A stretch of 28,010 bases of DNA. It comes from an uncultured Candidatus Saccharibacteria bacterium (GTDB lineage: Bacteria; Patescibacteriota; Minisyncoccia; Phycocordibacterales; UBA9973). Where the stretch lies: positions 1-28,010 of the forward strand of contig CAYLWR010000022.1 of the NCBI GenBank assembly GCA_964387755.1, read 5' to 3'. The notes below the pieces were generated by a model that saw nothing but the letters and a program-made list of their open reading frames with translations, searched no databases and was not told the origin of the DNA. Both the position numbers and the translations under genes were made by a program. Below are positions 18,398-26,348 of the stretch, in pieces (the stretch's first letter is position 1; each line of letters opens with the position of its first letter).

Positions 18398-18430
18398 ATT
18401 ATAGCATACTTTACATATCTTGTAAAGTAT
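18398..18430 (-). promoter_or_regulatory. Promoter for the DGR-type target, overlapped by an operator-like palindrome
   Basis: TTTACA, 17-nt spacer, TG-C-TATAAT (18403-18398). Perfect inverted repeat ATACTTTACA-N5-TGTAAAGTAT at 18406-18430. AAAGGA SD before the ATG. Confidence 0.7.
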
Positions 18431-18484
18431 TGCCCAATCGTGTAAAACCTTTATTTATCAATGGTACTGCGTCATCAATAGGAT

Positions 18485-18796
18485 GTGGACGATATTAATG
18501 AAGTTATTAAGAAAGCGGAACATTATCGCTTTGAAGATGAAGAATCTAAAGTTTTTCTAAACTCTATTTCTGCACTTCCAACTTCAAAGAAACGACTCAA
18601 GAAATCGATCATTGAAAGGATGGAAATGCTAATTATTGCATACACTACACTAGCTACTTTTGTCCCAGACGAAACGATTGAGTACCTAGAACAACATCCA
18701 GAAGATATGAAAAAAGTTTATCTCGATATGCTTGATGATATGGAAAAATTTGAAAAAGAGATTATAAAAAAGATCTGTCATCGACAGAAGAAATGA
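18485..18796 (+). CDS. Hypothetical helical protein (103 aa)
   Basis: GTG-start ORF filling the gap, convergent with the HNH gene. No recognisable motif. Confidence 0.6.
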   Translation: MDDINEVIKKAEHYRFEDEESKVFLNSISALPTSKKRLKKSIIERMEMLIIAYTTLATFVPDETIEYLEQHPEDMKKVYLDMLDDMEKFEKEIIKKICHRQKK

Positions 18797-18810
18797 GGTT
18801 TGTAAAATCT

Positions 18811-20145
18811 CTATTTTTTGAGAGCGTTAATAGTCATATCTCTTATCTTAACCAGATCACCAGGAGAATAAACATCTGAAGCAAAATAGAACTCCTCATT
18901 AAATAAATCATCAAGGATTTTACTAGCTATAGTTTCCAGACCCATAAAAAGTCTCAATTTTTCACTATCCTCTTTACTTTCATCGACACGGTCAAGCATG
19001 GCACTGTAGTCATAACTCCAGTGATCAGTGAGAGACTTGTCGGAAGTAAAATCCCAAATATACATATTTCTTTCGTCCTCATCAGTGTCGTACTCTTTGA
19101 TTTTTTCTATAGGCAACTCTTTTTGGTTCTCAATAAAATCAATTATCTTATCACGCAGGGCAATCTGAAACTGTTCACGATTAAAGTTGGGGTATGGGCT
19201 AAGAACATGAGCAAGTATGATGCTTTTTTCTTCAAGCATCATCATTCTTCCTTGAATAAATCCTTCAAGCTGTTCTTGTGTGCGTTCTTTAGGTTCTTCA
19301 GGTGCATTCTCTTTCTTCTCCTTGATACTTGTCGTCCAAGCTTCAATGAGATCTCGCCACGCCGACCAGTTGGCTGTTTCTTCAAGCTTGGGCGCTAGTT
19401 CTTTATCAAGATCAGTAATAATCTGCTCATCGGAGTATCCCCAACACTTACGCAACGCGGTTACATATTGATTGAGCAAAATTGCCGCCCTCCGAGGATC
19501 ATAGTAACTAAACGCATTGCTTGCTTTATTTTTTATCTGAGAAAGTTTTTGATCTATAGGCTTCAGGCTACGATTAAAGAGAATTCCGCCAAGTTTGTTG
19601 ATAAAATTCTCTACACTGTGCTGGGTCGGTTTGCCATCAGCATCATACTTAATATAGGTATCTGCAGAAATGTCGATTGCGGTGAGCAAATCTTCAATAC
19701 CATATTTTCGCAAGAGCGTCCGTATCGTTCCCTCACCATTTTCACTAATGGTGAATGGTTCTATGCGAGCATGAGCATAGTCTTTTATCATTTCAAGTGT
19801 TTCCTTATCGAGATTGGATAGTGATTCTTTCCACTGAAACATGAGCTCGATTTGCTCTCGACGTTCCTGTATGAGTTCAAGTTGTTTACGCTGCTTATCT
19901 ATGGCAGACGTATCGGTCAATCGTTTATCACTTTTTCCTAAATTACAAGCATAACAACTCGTTATGAGATTGATGATTTCACTACTGCCGCCTTTTGATA
20001 CAGGGTCAATGTGGTCTACATGGAGAACAATGTCAGGAGCTTTTTGACCACAATACTGGCAAGTAAAATGATCACGTTTAAATACCTCAAATCGAACAGA
20101 TTTTGGAATCGACACACGCTTTGGCACTTCAGCAGGTTTAGCCAT
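18811..20145 (-). CDS. HNH endonuclease with a long unknown helical C-terminal region
   Basis: RFEVFKRDHFTCQYCG...HVDHIDPVSKGG...NLITSCYACNLGK in the first ~75 aa. Confidence 0.9.
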   Translation of the reverse strand: MAKPAEVPKRVSIPKSVRFEVFKRDHFTCQYCGQKAPDIVLHVDHIDPVSKGGSSEIINLITSCYACNLGKSDKRLTDTSAIDKQRKQLELIQERREQIELMFQWKESLSNLDKETLEMIKDYAHARIEPFTISENGEGTIRTLLRKYGIEDLLTAIDISADTYIKYDADGKPTQHSVENFINKLGGILFNRSLKPIDQKLSQIKNKASNAFSYYDPRRAAILLNQYVTALRKCWGYSDEQIITDLDKELAPKLEETANWSAWRDLIEAWTTSIKEKKENAPEEPKERTQEQLEGFIQGRMMMLEEKSIILAHVLSPYPNFNREQFQIALRDKIIDFIENQKELPIEKIKEYDTDEDERNMYIWDFTSDKSLTDHWSYDYSAMLDRVDESKEDSEKLRLFMGLETIASKILDDLFNEEFYFASDVYSPGDLVKIRDMTINALKK

Positions 20146-20163
20146 ATCTTTGAAAATCGAATT

Positions 20164-20385
20164 CTACAATACAAGCGCAGACTGATCAATATTTGAAGGG
20201 ATACTCTCAACAACCGTGCCGCAGCCTTTCTTGCAGGCATACTTTCCATTATTTTCTCCGTAGCTGTCTTCCATCTTCCACCATCCGTCAGGGTGAGTAC
20301 AACAAACCTCACATGGCTTAATATGATTCTCGTCATACATATATCTACCCTCGCCATTACATTTTTTGCATTTTTCCTCGGTCAT
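20164..20385 (-). CDS. Small Cys-rich putative zinc-binding protein (73 aa)
   Basis: CKKCNGEG, CEVCCTH and CKKGC. Lies 18 nt upstream of the HNH gene and is divergent from the recombinase. Confidence 0.65.
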   Translation of the reverse strand: MTEEKCKKCNGEGRYMYDENHIKPCEVCCTHPDGWWKMEDSYGENNGKYACKKGCGTVVESIPSNIDQSALVL

Positions 20386-20506
20386 ATGCGTATCTTTCCA
20401 TAAAAGAGGGTTGTAAATCAAGTACTTCTATACTCACACGACCACACTACATATTTCTTAGTCTGCATAGCTATACACCTCAAACCAGTCTGTCATTAAT
20501 ATATAC

Positions 20507-21823
20507 ATGGAAATGTTCGCAACAGCCCAAACAGGCTTCCCCGAGGTAGTGGTAACCCAAAAAGTAAGGTACTGCTTATATGCCAGAAAGTCGACAGAAC
20601 AAGACGAGAAACAAGCGCTTTCGATTGATTCACAGATCAAAGAAATGATGGCGATTGCCGAGAGAGACGGCATTGAGATTATAGATATTCGACGAGAATC
20701 TCACTCTGCAAAAGATTCAGGGCAACGCCCCGTATTTAAAGAATTGCTTGATGATATCAGACGAGGCAGGTATACAGGCATCCTAACCTGGGCACCAGAT
20801 CGACTTTCTCGAAACGCAGGAGATCTCGGGTCGCTTGTTGATTTAATGGATGAGAATAAGCTGGTTGAGATACGGACATACGGGCAGCAGTTTAGAAACT
20901 CCCCAAATGAGAAGTTCCTCTTGATGATTCTCTGTTCACAAGCCAAACTTGAAAATGACAATAAGAGTATCAATGTGAAGCGTGGACTAAAGACGCGGTG
21001 CGAAATGGGACTATGGCCTGCACAAGCACCGACTGGATATGTAAAGGAGAAACGGATGGATCGAAAATGCCAAACGCTGATCGATCCAGACCGTGCCCCG
21101 ATCGTTAAGAAAATCTTTGAAAAAGCAGCATATGAGAAGTGGAGCGGACGAAAGATATACCATTGGCTCAAATTTGAACTCAATTTCAGAAGTGCTGCGA
21201 GTAACAAGAACCTCACACTGAGCAATATATACATGATGTTAGGAAACCCCTTTTATTACGGGGTTTTTGAATACCCGAGAAAGAGCGGCAACTGGTACAA
21301 AGGAACGTATGAGCCAATCATCACCAAAGAACTGTTTGATCAAGTACAGGAGCAAATGAGAAACAATATTGTCAGATCAGAAAGCAAAGAGTTTGCCTTT
21401 ACCAAACTCATGACCTGCGGACTCTGCCAATCAGGCATCTGTGCCGATGAGAAATTCAAGAAGCCAAAGAATGGCAATATTCACCGCTATGTCTACTACG
21501 GCTGTACAAGATCGAAAGACAAGAACTGCAAATGCGGCTTTCTTGAAGAGAAGGAGCTTATCAAGCAGTTTGAAGATCTCCTCGACACGATCGATGTGGA
21601 TGAGATCAGTATCAAGGAAAAGCTGAAGACTGAAGTGGAACGGTTTAAGAAGTTTCAAAGAGTACTGTCGGGAAGCAAGGAGAAAATCGACACAAGCGAT
21701 GTTGATATACGCAACTATGCGAAGTACCTCTTGCGAGACGGTGCTGATGTTGAGAAGCGAGAATTGCTTGGATGTTTTAAGAGCAAGATAGTGATGAAGC
21801 ATAAGGTGATATCACTAGTATAG
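20507..21823 (+). CDS. Large serine recombinase (resolvase, recombinase and Zn-ribbon domains)
   Basis: YARKS with catalytic Ser29, SAKDSGQRPVF, DRLSRN, APTGY recombinase domain, CGLC...YYGC zinc ribbon. Confidence 0.96.
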   Translation: MEMFATAQTGFPEVVVTQKVRYCLYARKSTEQDEKQALSIDSQIKEMMAIAERDGIEIIDIRRESHSAKDSGQRPVFKELLDDIRRGRYTGILTWAPDRLSRNAGDLGSLVDLMDENKLVEIRTYGQQFRNSPNEKFLLMILCSQAKLENDNKSINVKRGLKTRCEMGLWPAQAPTGYVKEKRMDRKCQTLIDPDRAPIVKKIFEKAAYEKWSGRKIYHWLKFELNFRSAASNKNLTLSNIYMMLGNPFYYGVFEYPRKSGNWYKGTYEPIITKELFDQVQEQMRNNIVRSESKEFAFTKLMTCGLCQSGICADEKFKKPKNGNIHRYVYYGCTRSKDKNCKCGFLEEKELIKQFEDLLDTIDVDEISIKEKLKTEVERFKKFQRVLSGSKEKIDTSDVDIRNYAKYLLRDGADVEKRELLGCFKSKIVMKHKVISLV

Positions 21824-21845
21824 AAAAAAGGAGCCGAAGCTCCTT
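21824..21845 (-). terminator. Intrinsic terminator between the recombinase and the 96-aa gene
   Basis: AAGGAGC-TTCG-GCTCCTT followed by TTTT on the minus strand. Confidence 0.8.
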
Positions 21846-21868
21846 AGTTAAAAATCATTAAAATAAAC

Positions 21869-22159
21869 TTATGAATTTTGTGTTTTGTAGTACTCAACCA
21901 TTTGTTTGATGGAAGCCGCGTAACGCTCTCTGGCCTGTTTGACACTGTAGTCAAAGGCAACCAAGGCCATATCTGCAATTTCTTGCGGATCTTGCGCTGA
22001 TTTTTTCATTGCGTCATACAAACCTTGTCGTTTGAGGTCTTTTACAGCCTCTTCAAGGTCTTTTGTTTCCAACTTTTCTTTCCTTAAAAAGGAAAACACG
22101 GTTGTGAGCTTTTTGAACATCATGATGTTCATGAGCTCTTGGATGAACTCTTTTTTCAT
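21869..22159 (-). CDS. Hypothetical helical protein (96 aa), stand-alone unit
   Basis: ORF with a consensus promoter and its own terminator. Confidence 0.65.
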   Translation of the reverse strand: MKKEFIQELMNIMMFKKLTTVFSFLRKEKLETKDLEEAVKDLKRQGLYDAMKKSAQDPQEIADMALVAFDYSVKQARERYAASIKQMVEYYKTQNS

Positions 22160-22235
22160 AATTTATTTCTTTAAAGAACACGTATCCCATTACTAGGATT
22201 GGGGTACCAAAATTGTTTATACCTAGTATGGTCAT

Positions 22236-22264
22236 ATCTTATCATGTTTTTATGAAAAAGTCAA
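22236..22264 (-). promoter_or_regulatory. Sigma70 promoter for the 96-aa gene
   Basis: TTGACT (22264-22259), 17-nt spacer, TG-A-TAAGAT (22241-22236). Confidence 0.7.
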
Positions 22265-22311
22265 CCGATCGTAGTGGCTCAACATCCTTGCATTCGGACT
22301 ACAAAGTAGCT

Positions 22312-23010
22312 TTATTTCCCTCTCGTAATGTCAGCCTGAAGCGAAATATATTCATCCCCAGCCGCTTCAATTTGTTGTGACGTAGGCTCATCGTTTATAC
22401 CTTCTTCTAAACGTATCCGACGCTCGTCAAGGATCTCGCCTTCATACATCCAATACGCAGGTCCTTGTACTTGCCACTTACTTCCAAGCGCTCTTTGAGC
22501 TGCTAGCGAGAGCGAAATTACTTCTCCTCGAAACTCAACATGCTTCTGATCATCTGCAACATGACACACAATACTTTCGTCTCTGATGAATTCGAGCTGC
22601 GCCCCAGGCGGTATCTCAGCCATTTTGAAATTGAATGCGGAGCGTCTCTTGCGAGCAACTTCGATTGCCTCTGCATCTTCTTTTGTCTCAATACCTACAT
22701 CACGAGATGGTGTCACATCTTCAAGTGCAAGAAGCTTGAGAATAGAAACGATGCGCTCGGGAGCAATAGTGAAGAACTCTCTTTTCGGATTCTTTCTGTG
22801 ATCACCAAACGCATCGTGGAGTGCTTTTTCAACCTGGCTTACATCAGCAACGCAGACGGCATAATAACACTCAAACGGAAGCGGCACAGACGTCGATCGA
22901 GACAATTCCAAAATGCGTTGCTCAACGGAGGTGGTTGTTTTGCCGATTTTCACATATCCCGGCATTGCCTCGTTGGTTAAGATATATACTATTCCTGCTG
23001 GGTCATTCAT
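22312..23010 (-). CDS. GIY-YIG nuclease (T5orf172/MUG113-like) with a C-terminal RAMA-like domain
   Basis: GIVYILTN...YVKIGKT...R...EKALH...REFF N-terminus. C-terminus FKMAEIPPGAQLEF...VEFRGEVISLSLAA...GPAYWMYEGEIL. Confidence 0.85.
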   Translation of the reverse strand: MNDPAGIVYILTNEAMPGYVKIGKTTTSVEQRILELSRSTSVPLPFECYYAVCVADVSQVEKALHDAFGDHRKNPKREFFTIAPERIVSILKLLALEDVTPSRDVGIETKEDAEAIEVARKRRSAFNFKMAEIPPGAQLEFIRDESIVCHVADDQKHVEFRGEVISLSLAAQRALGSKWQVQGPAYWMYEGEILDERRIRLEEGINDEPTSQQIEAAGDEYISLQADITRGK

Positions 23011-23024
23011 AAATAATTTAATAG

Positions 23025-23630
23025 TTAAGCATCTCTCATCCGCATCGGCCTACTCATATCATACTGACAAATAGATCTATCATTATGAGCGGCATCAATG
23101 AGGAATTTCAGTTTTGCGGGATCATTTGCAATCTTTTCCCATGGCACAACAGAAATTAGAGCTTCTTTCTTTAAGAGATTATCAATAATTCTTTCTGGCA
23201 TAAGAGGATAACGAGCATCATATTCAGCTCTTGTATCTATAGACATCCAATTAGTATTCTCAGGGTGAACAATCTCTTTCTCGTACTTATGAGGTGCGGT
23301 ATATGTTGTACAACCAGTCGATGGTAATTTGATTACCAATATCCCGGATTTTTTATTAACACTCCCATCAAACATACTGGAGTATGTTTCCCAGTCAACA
23401 TGTTTTCGTCCCCATGTTTCAGTTCCAACAAGGACAATTGTTACTGTCGAATCGCGCAAATATTCATCTCTGATCTTTGCTCTTATCGCTTCAGCTGAGA
23501 GTGAGTCAGAAATATCTCCAACGCTTACAGAGTAGTCATTAAAAATACCATGCTGCGTATTCAATCTACACAGTTCATCCTTATAAAATTGATCGTTATC
23601 GTGATGATAACTTATAAATACATTGTGCAT
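23025..23630 (-). CDS. TIR-domain protein, Thoeris ThsB/MTH538 (DUF1863)-like
   Basis: VFISYHH, IRDEYLRDSTVTIVLVGTETWGRKHVDWE (putative catalytic Glu81), GILVIKLP. Confidence 0.92.
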   Translation of the reverse strand: MHNVFISYHHDNDQFYKDELCRLNTQHGIFNDYSVSVGDISDSLSAEAIRAKIRDEYLRDSTVTIVLVGTETWGRKHVDWETYSSMFDGSVNKKSGILVIKLPSTGCTTYTAPHKYEKEIVHPENTNWMSIDTRAEYDARYPLMPERIIDNLLKKEALISVVPWEKIANDPAKLKFLIDAAHNDRSICQYDMSRPMRMRDA

Positions 23631-23638
23631 ATTACTTT

Positions 23639-24370
23639 CTATGATTCTTCTGATAATGACGGCTTTGCTGGGATTTCTTTTACTTTTTTACTCTTTGATT
23701 GTTGTAAAATCAATCGCTTCATGCTTTCTCTGTAGTTCATGAGACGATTATTGACAACCGTTAGATCCTTCTCTAGTTCAGCAAAGTGCGTGTACTTAGT
23801 TTGTATGGACTGAGGATCGATGTCACCTTTTGCATCTTTCAGTTGCGCATCGTACCAATGTCTAAAGCGCGCTTGCCACTGCGTAAGATGTGGGCGTAGA
23901 CCTTCATTCAGAACACTTACTGATAAATCAATGATTTTAGTGGTGCTTGGTTGTTTCAGTTTACTTACTGGGATGTCTTTAATAAGTTCACGCGTAATCG
24001 AAAAGAAGTTGTACCACGAATCATAGATTTCTGAAATTACATCATTTTTTAGATCAATTGGAAGACCGATTTTTCTTGTGCTTAACTCTACCCAGATTTT
24101 ATAGGCAATCTGTCTATCTTCCCTATTTGGTTTAAATTTGAGTTTGTGCTGTCCTAACCCCATTTCTGCTTCATCAATTTCAAAATCTGAACCAGTGTAT
24201 TTACCCAATAGCTTCAGTACCCATCTAATACCTAAAACAAGACCAACAATAATAAGAATAGCAAGAAGGCTAAATTTGAATGAAAAAGTAAAGTCACGAT
24301 CGACAGAGAATGTAAAATAAGGAGACTTGGCTACTGGAGGCATAGATTGGGTTTCTTGTGATGGAGGCAT
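23639..24370 (-). CDS. Single-TM, helical hypothetical protein (243 aa), first gene of the TIR operon
   Basis: Start re-called at ATG 24370, 14 nt downstream of TG-T-TACAAT (24390-24385). TM at residues ~33-49, then IWVELSTRKIGLP, YDSWYNFF, LNEGLRPHLTQWQARFRHWY. Confidence 0.8.
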   Translation of the reverse strand: MPPSQETQSMPPVAKSPYFTFSVDRDFTFSFKFSLLAILIIVGLVLGIRWVLKLLGKYTGSDFEIDEAEMGLGQHKLKFKPNREDRQIAYKIWVELSTRKIGLPIDLKNDVISEIYDSWYNFFSITRELIKDIPVSKLKQPSTTKIIDLSVSVLNEGLRPHLTQWQARFRHWYDAQLKDAKGDIDPQSIQTKYTHFAELEKDLTVVNNRLMNYRESMKRLILQQSKSKKVKEIPAKPSLSEES

Positions 24371-24428
24371 AGTGATATAGGCGGATTGTAACATAGAAAA
24401 CATCGCGCCGGGCATTCTATTTGGTAAT

Positions 24429-24460
24429 ACAAAAAACCACCGAATTTGGTGGTTTTTTGT
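24429..24460. terminator. Terminator downstream of tRNA-Gln
   Basis: ACAAAAAACCACC-GAATTT-GGTGGTTTTTTGT, a 13-bp perfect stem. Confidence 0.85.
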
Positions 24461-24549
24461 TCTGATTGCTGCTCTCAGCAGGTATGCAATGACTGAATAG
24501 ATCCATCGAGTGATTCGACGCTCTCTGGGCGAACGAACCGTGCTCAACG

Positions 24550-24623
24550 TGGCTGCCCGACAGGGACTCGAACCCCAATTTACGGTGCCAGAAACCGGCG
24601 TCCTACCATTAGACGATCGGGCA
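24550..24623 (-). tRNA. tRNA-Gln(CTG) with encoded CCA
   Basis: Cloverleaf with acceptor TGCCCGA/TCGGGCA, D-arm GTCT/GGAC, anticodon loop TT-CTG-GC, T-loop TTCGAGT, and 3' end G-CCA. Confidence 0.93.
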
Positions 24624-24674
24624 ATGATCGTGCGCCCTACTATACCTGAAAAGATGTTTTTTTTCAATTATTCA

Positions 24675-25411
24675 CTATTCTAATTCCAGAAACTGTCTGA
24701 TGAGCGTGTTGTCGGCGAGCTGGATCGGGACGATGCTCCGCTGAGCAGTGATCGAAACTTTTTCTTTTGGAAGGTAGGTATACACACGCGCGTCGAGCGC
24801 AACATGGATCGTGCCCATTTGCTGGAGTGCGAGTGAAATATAAAGGTCTTCGGCATATAACTTCACCCCAATACTTTTATAGACAGAGAGAAATTTCTCA
24901 AATCCTCCGACACGCTCATAATCATTCTTGCGAAATGCCATATTCGATCCCCATGCAAAGCGATGCTTTTGTAGATTCAAAAATTTTCGTTTGATACAGA
25001 ACTGCCACCAGCTCGCAAGTTTCCATCCTAAATTATTGAGCACTGTTGTATATCCTGCAACGATTTTCACCTGTTCGTTTGCAGTGAGCGGCTTGATGAT
25101 ATGATTGACCCAGTTTTTATCTGCCCAAGCATCGCCATCCGTACATACAACAATATCTCCCACTGCTTCTTGGATACCTTTCATACGTGCAAAGATCGGA
25201 CCGCCTTCTCCAGTGCATTCTACAATCCGCACTGTATGATACTTGCTTGCAATCTCAACTGTACGATCAGTACAGCTGTGCGCAACAAGCAGTATTTCAT
25301 CTGGTGTATATGTTTGCTGGAGTAGCGAATCCAGACAGCGAGCAATCCACATCTCCTCATGTGCGCAATGACCACAACTGATATAGAGCTGATTGTGGAA
25401 GAATTAGACAT
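24675..25411 (-). pseudogene. Family 2 glycosyltransferase with a 1-nt frameshift near 25359
   Basis: MSNSSTISSISVVVIAH (from 25411) and MWIARCLDSLLQQT...TDGDA...GSNMAFRK (from 25352) are in different frames. Adding one A restores the AHNEE motif. Confidence 0.85.
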
Positions 25412-26327
25412 TCAAATGTCGTCGTACCGCAAGGTAGCTCGATATTGCTCCAAGCAAGAGTCCGATGAGCAGTACCGATCCTCCAATTGAGAAGAAATGT
25501 GCAGTGTAGTACGTATAGATATTCATACCGATCGCGCTCGTCATATGCTGTCCGAGAAGATAGGTCAGCGGGAGGAATATAGCAGTAACGATCACAAAGG
25601 CAAAAAATCCGTAGAGTAATCCCCCGACAATAAACGGCGCTCGCACATAGGCAGTACTTGCTCCGACGAGTCGCATGATGCCGATTTCTTCCTTGGCCAT
25701 ATAGATCGTGAGGCGCACCGTTGTAAATACGATGACAATAGAAATGAGTGCGAGGGCGAGCGTAACAGCAACGCCGATGTCTTGGGCATTTTTGATAAGA
25801 CTGTTGAGTCGATCGATCACTACTTTGTTTTGAGAGTAGTTGATACGCTCGATGATCTGGGCATTGGCGCGCGCGATCTGACTGTCTCCTTCGAGGACTT
25901 TTGCGATTGCTTCATACTGTGTCGAATCCTTTGCTTTGATCTGAAGTGCGCCACCAAATAGGTTGTCTCCGAGCTCTTCGAGTGCTTGGATCGTGAGGTA
26001 GTCATCGGCATGACGATCGCGGAACTGTATCACCTGATCATCTGCAGAGTTGTACACGACTGACGCGACCTCGGGGAGCTGCTCGAGTGTTCCTTTGAGG
26101 CTCAAGATACTGTCTTCGGGTGCATCAACCGTGAAGTACACGGCAATATCGACGCGCTGTTGTACTTGCGCGATACCATTTACGAGCACTGCTCGGAACA
26201 AGATGATAGCTGTTGCAACTGCAAGTGTGATCGTCGTTACCAAAATAGCCGCGTATGAGACTAGCCCATTACGTCGGAAGTTGATCCACCCGCTTCGCAA
26301 TACTCGTTGTAACCTAACCCAAACCAT
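25404..26327 (-). CDS. ftsX: Cell division permease FtsX
   Basis: One N-terminal TM, an extracellular domain and three TMs. EEIGIMRLVGAS...PFIVGG motif. Follows ftsE. Confidence 0.93.
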   Translation of the reverse strand: MVWVRLQRVLRSGWINFRRNGLVSYAAILVTTITLAVATAIILFRAVLVNGIAQVQQRVDIAVYFTVDAPEDSILSLKGTLEQLPEVASVVYNSADDQVIQFRDRHADDYLTIQALEELGDNLFGGALQIKAKDSTQYEAIAKVLEGDSQIARANAQIIERINYSQNKVVIDRLNSLIKNAQDIGVAVTLALALISIVIVFTTVRLTIYMAKEEIGIMRLVGASTAYVRAPFIVGGLLYGFFAFVIVTAIFLPLTYLLGQHMTSAIGMNIYTYYTAHFFSIGGSVLLIGLLLGAISSYLAVRRHLNV

Positions 26328-26348
26328 ATACTCTACTATTATACATTC

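Larger units (their letters stand above)
17555..24550. mobile_element. Putative serine-recombinase genomic island at the tRNA-Gln 3' end (boundaries approximate)
   Basis: Contains a large serine recombinase and nuclease/TIR cargo, and is visibly AT-richer than the core genes. The right edge is the tRNA 3' end and the left edge is a truncated gene. No long att repeat was found. Confidence 0.65.

Noticed and set aside
18811-20145. HNH protein as a Cas9/IscB-type RNA-guided nuclease
   Set aside because: There are no RuvC motifs or bridge helix, the HNH is N-terminal, and no array or cas genes are present.
20016-20357. 113-aa minus-strand ORF, and similarly 22053-22235 and 17596-17811
   Set aside because: They overlap better-supported genes in other frames and show no motifs.
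23025-24370. Calling the TIR locus a canonical Thoeris type I or II system
   Set aside because: The partner protein shows no SIR2, SLOG or Macro motifs, and there is no ThsA-like gene in the window.
16199-24550. A complete DGR cassette
   Set aside because: No reverse transcriptase (no YxDD motif), no Avd-like gene and no AAC-rich template repeat were found in the window.
24371-24667. N-terminal 99 aa of the 342-aa ORF in the track
   Set aside because: It reads through tRNA-Gln and its terminator. A promoter and ATG at 24390-24370 explain the real gene.
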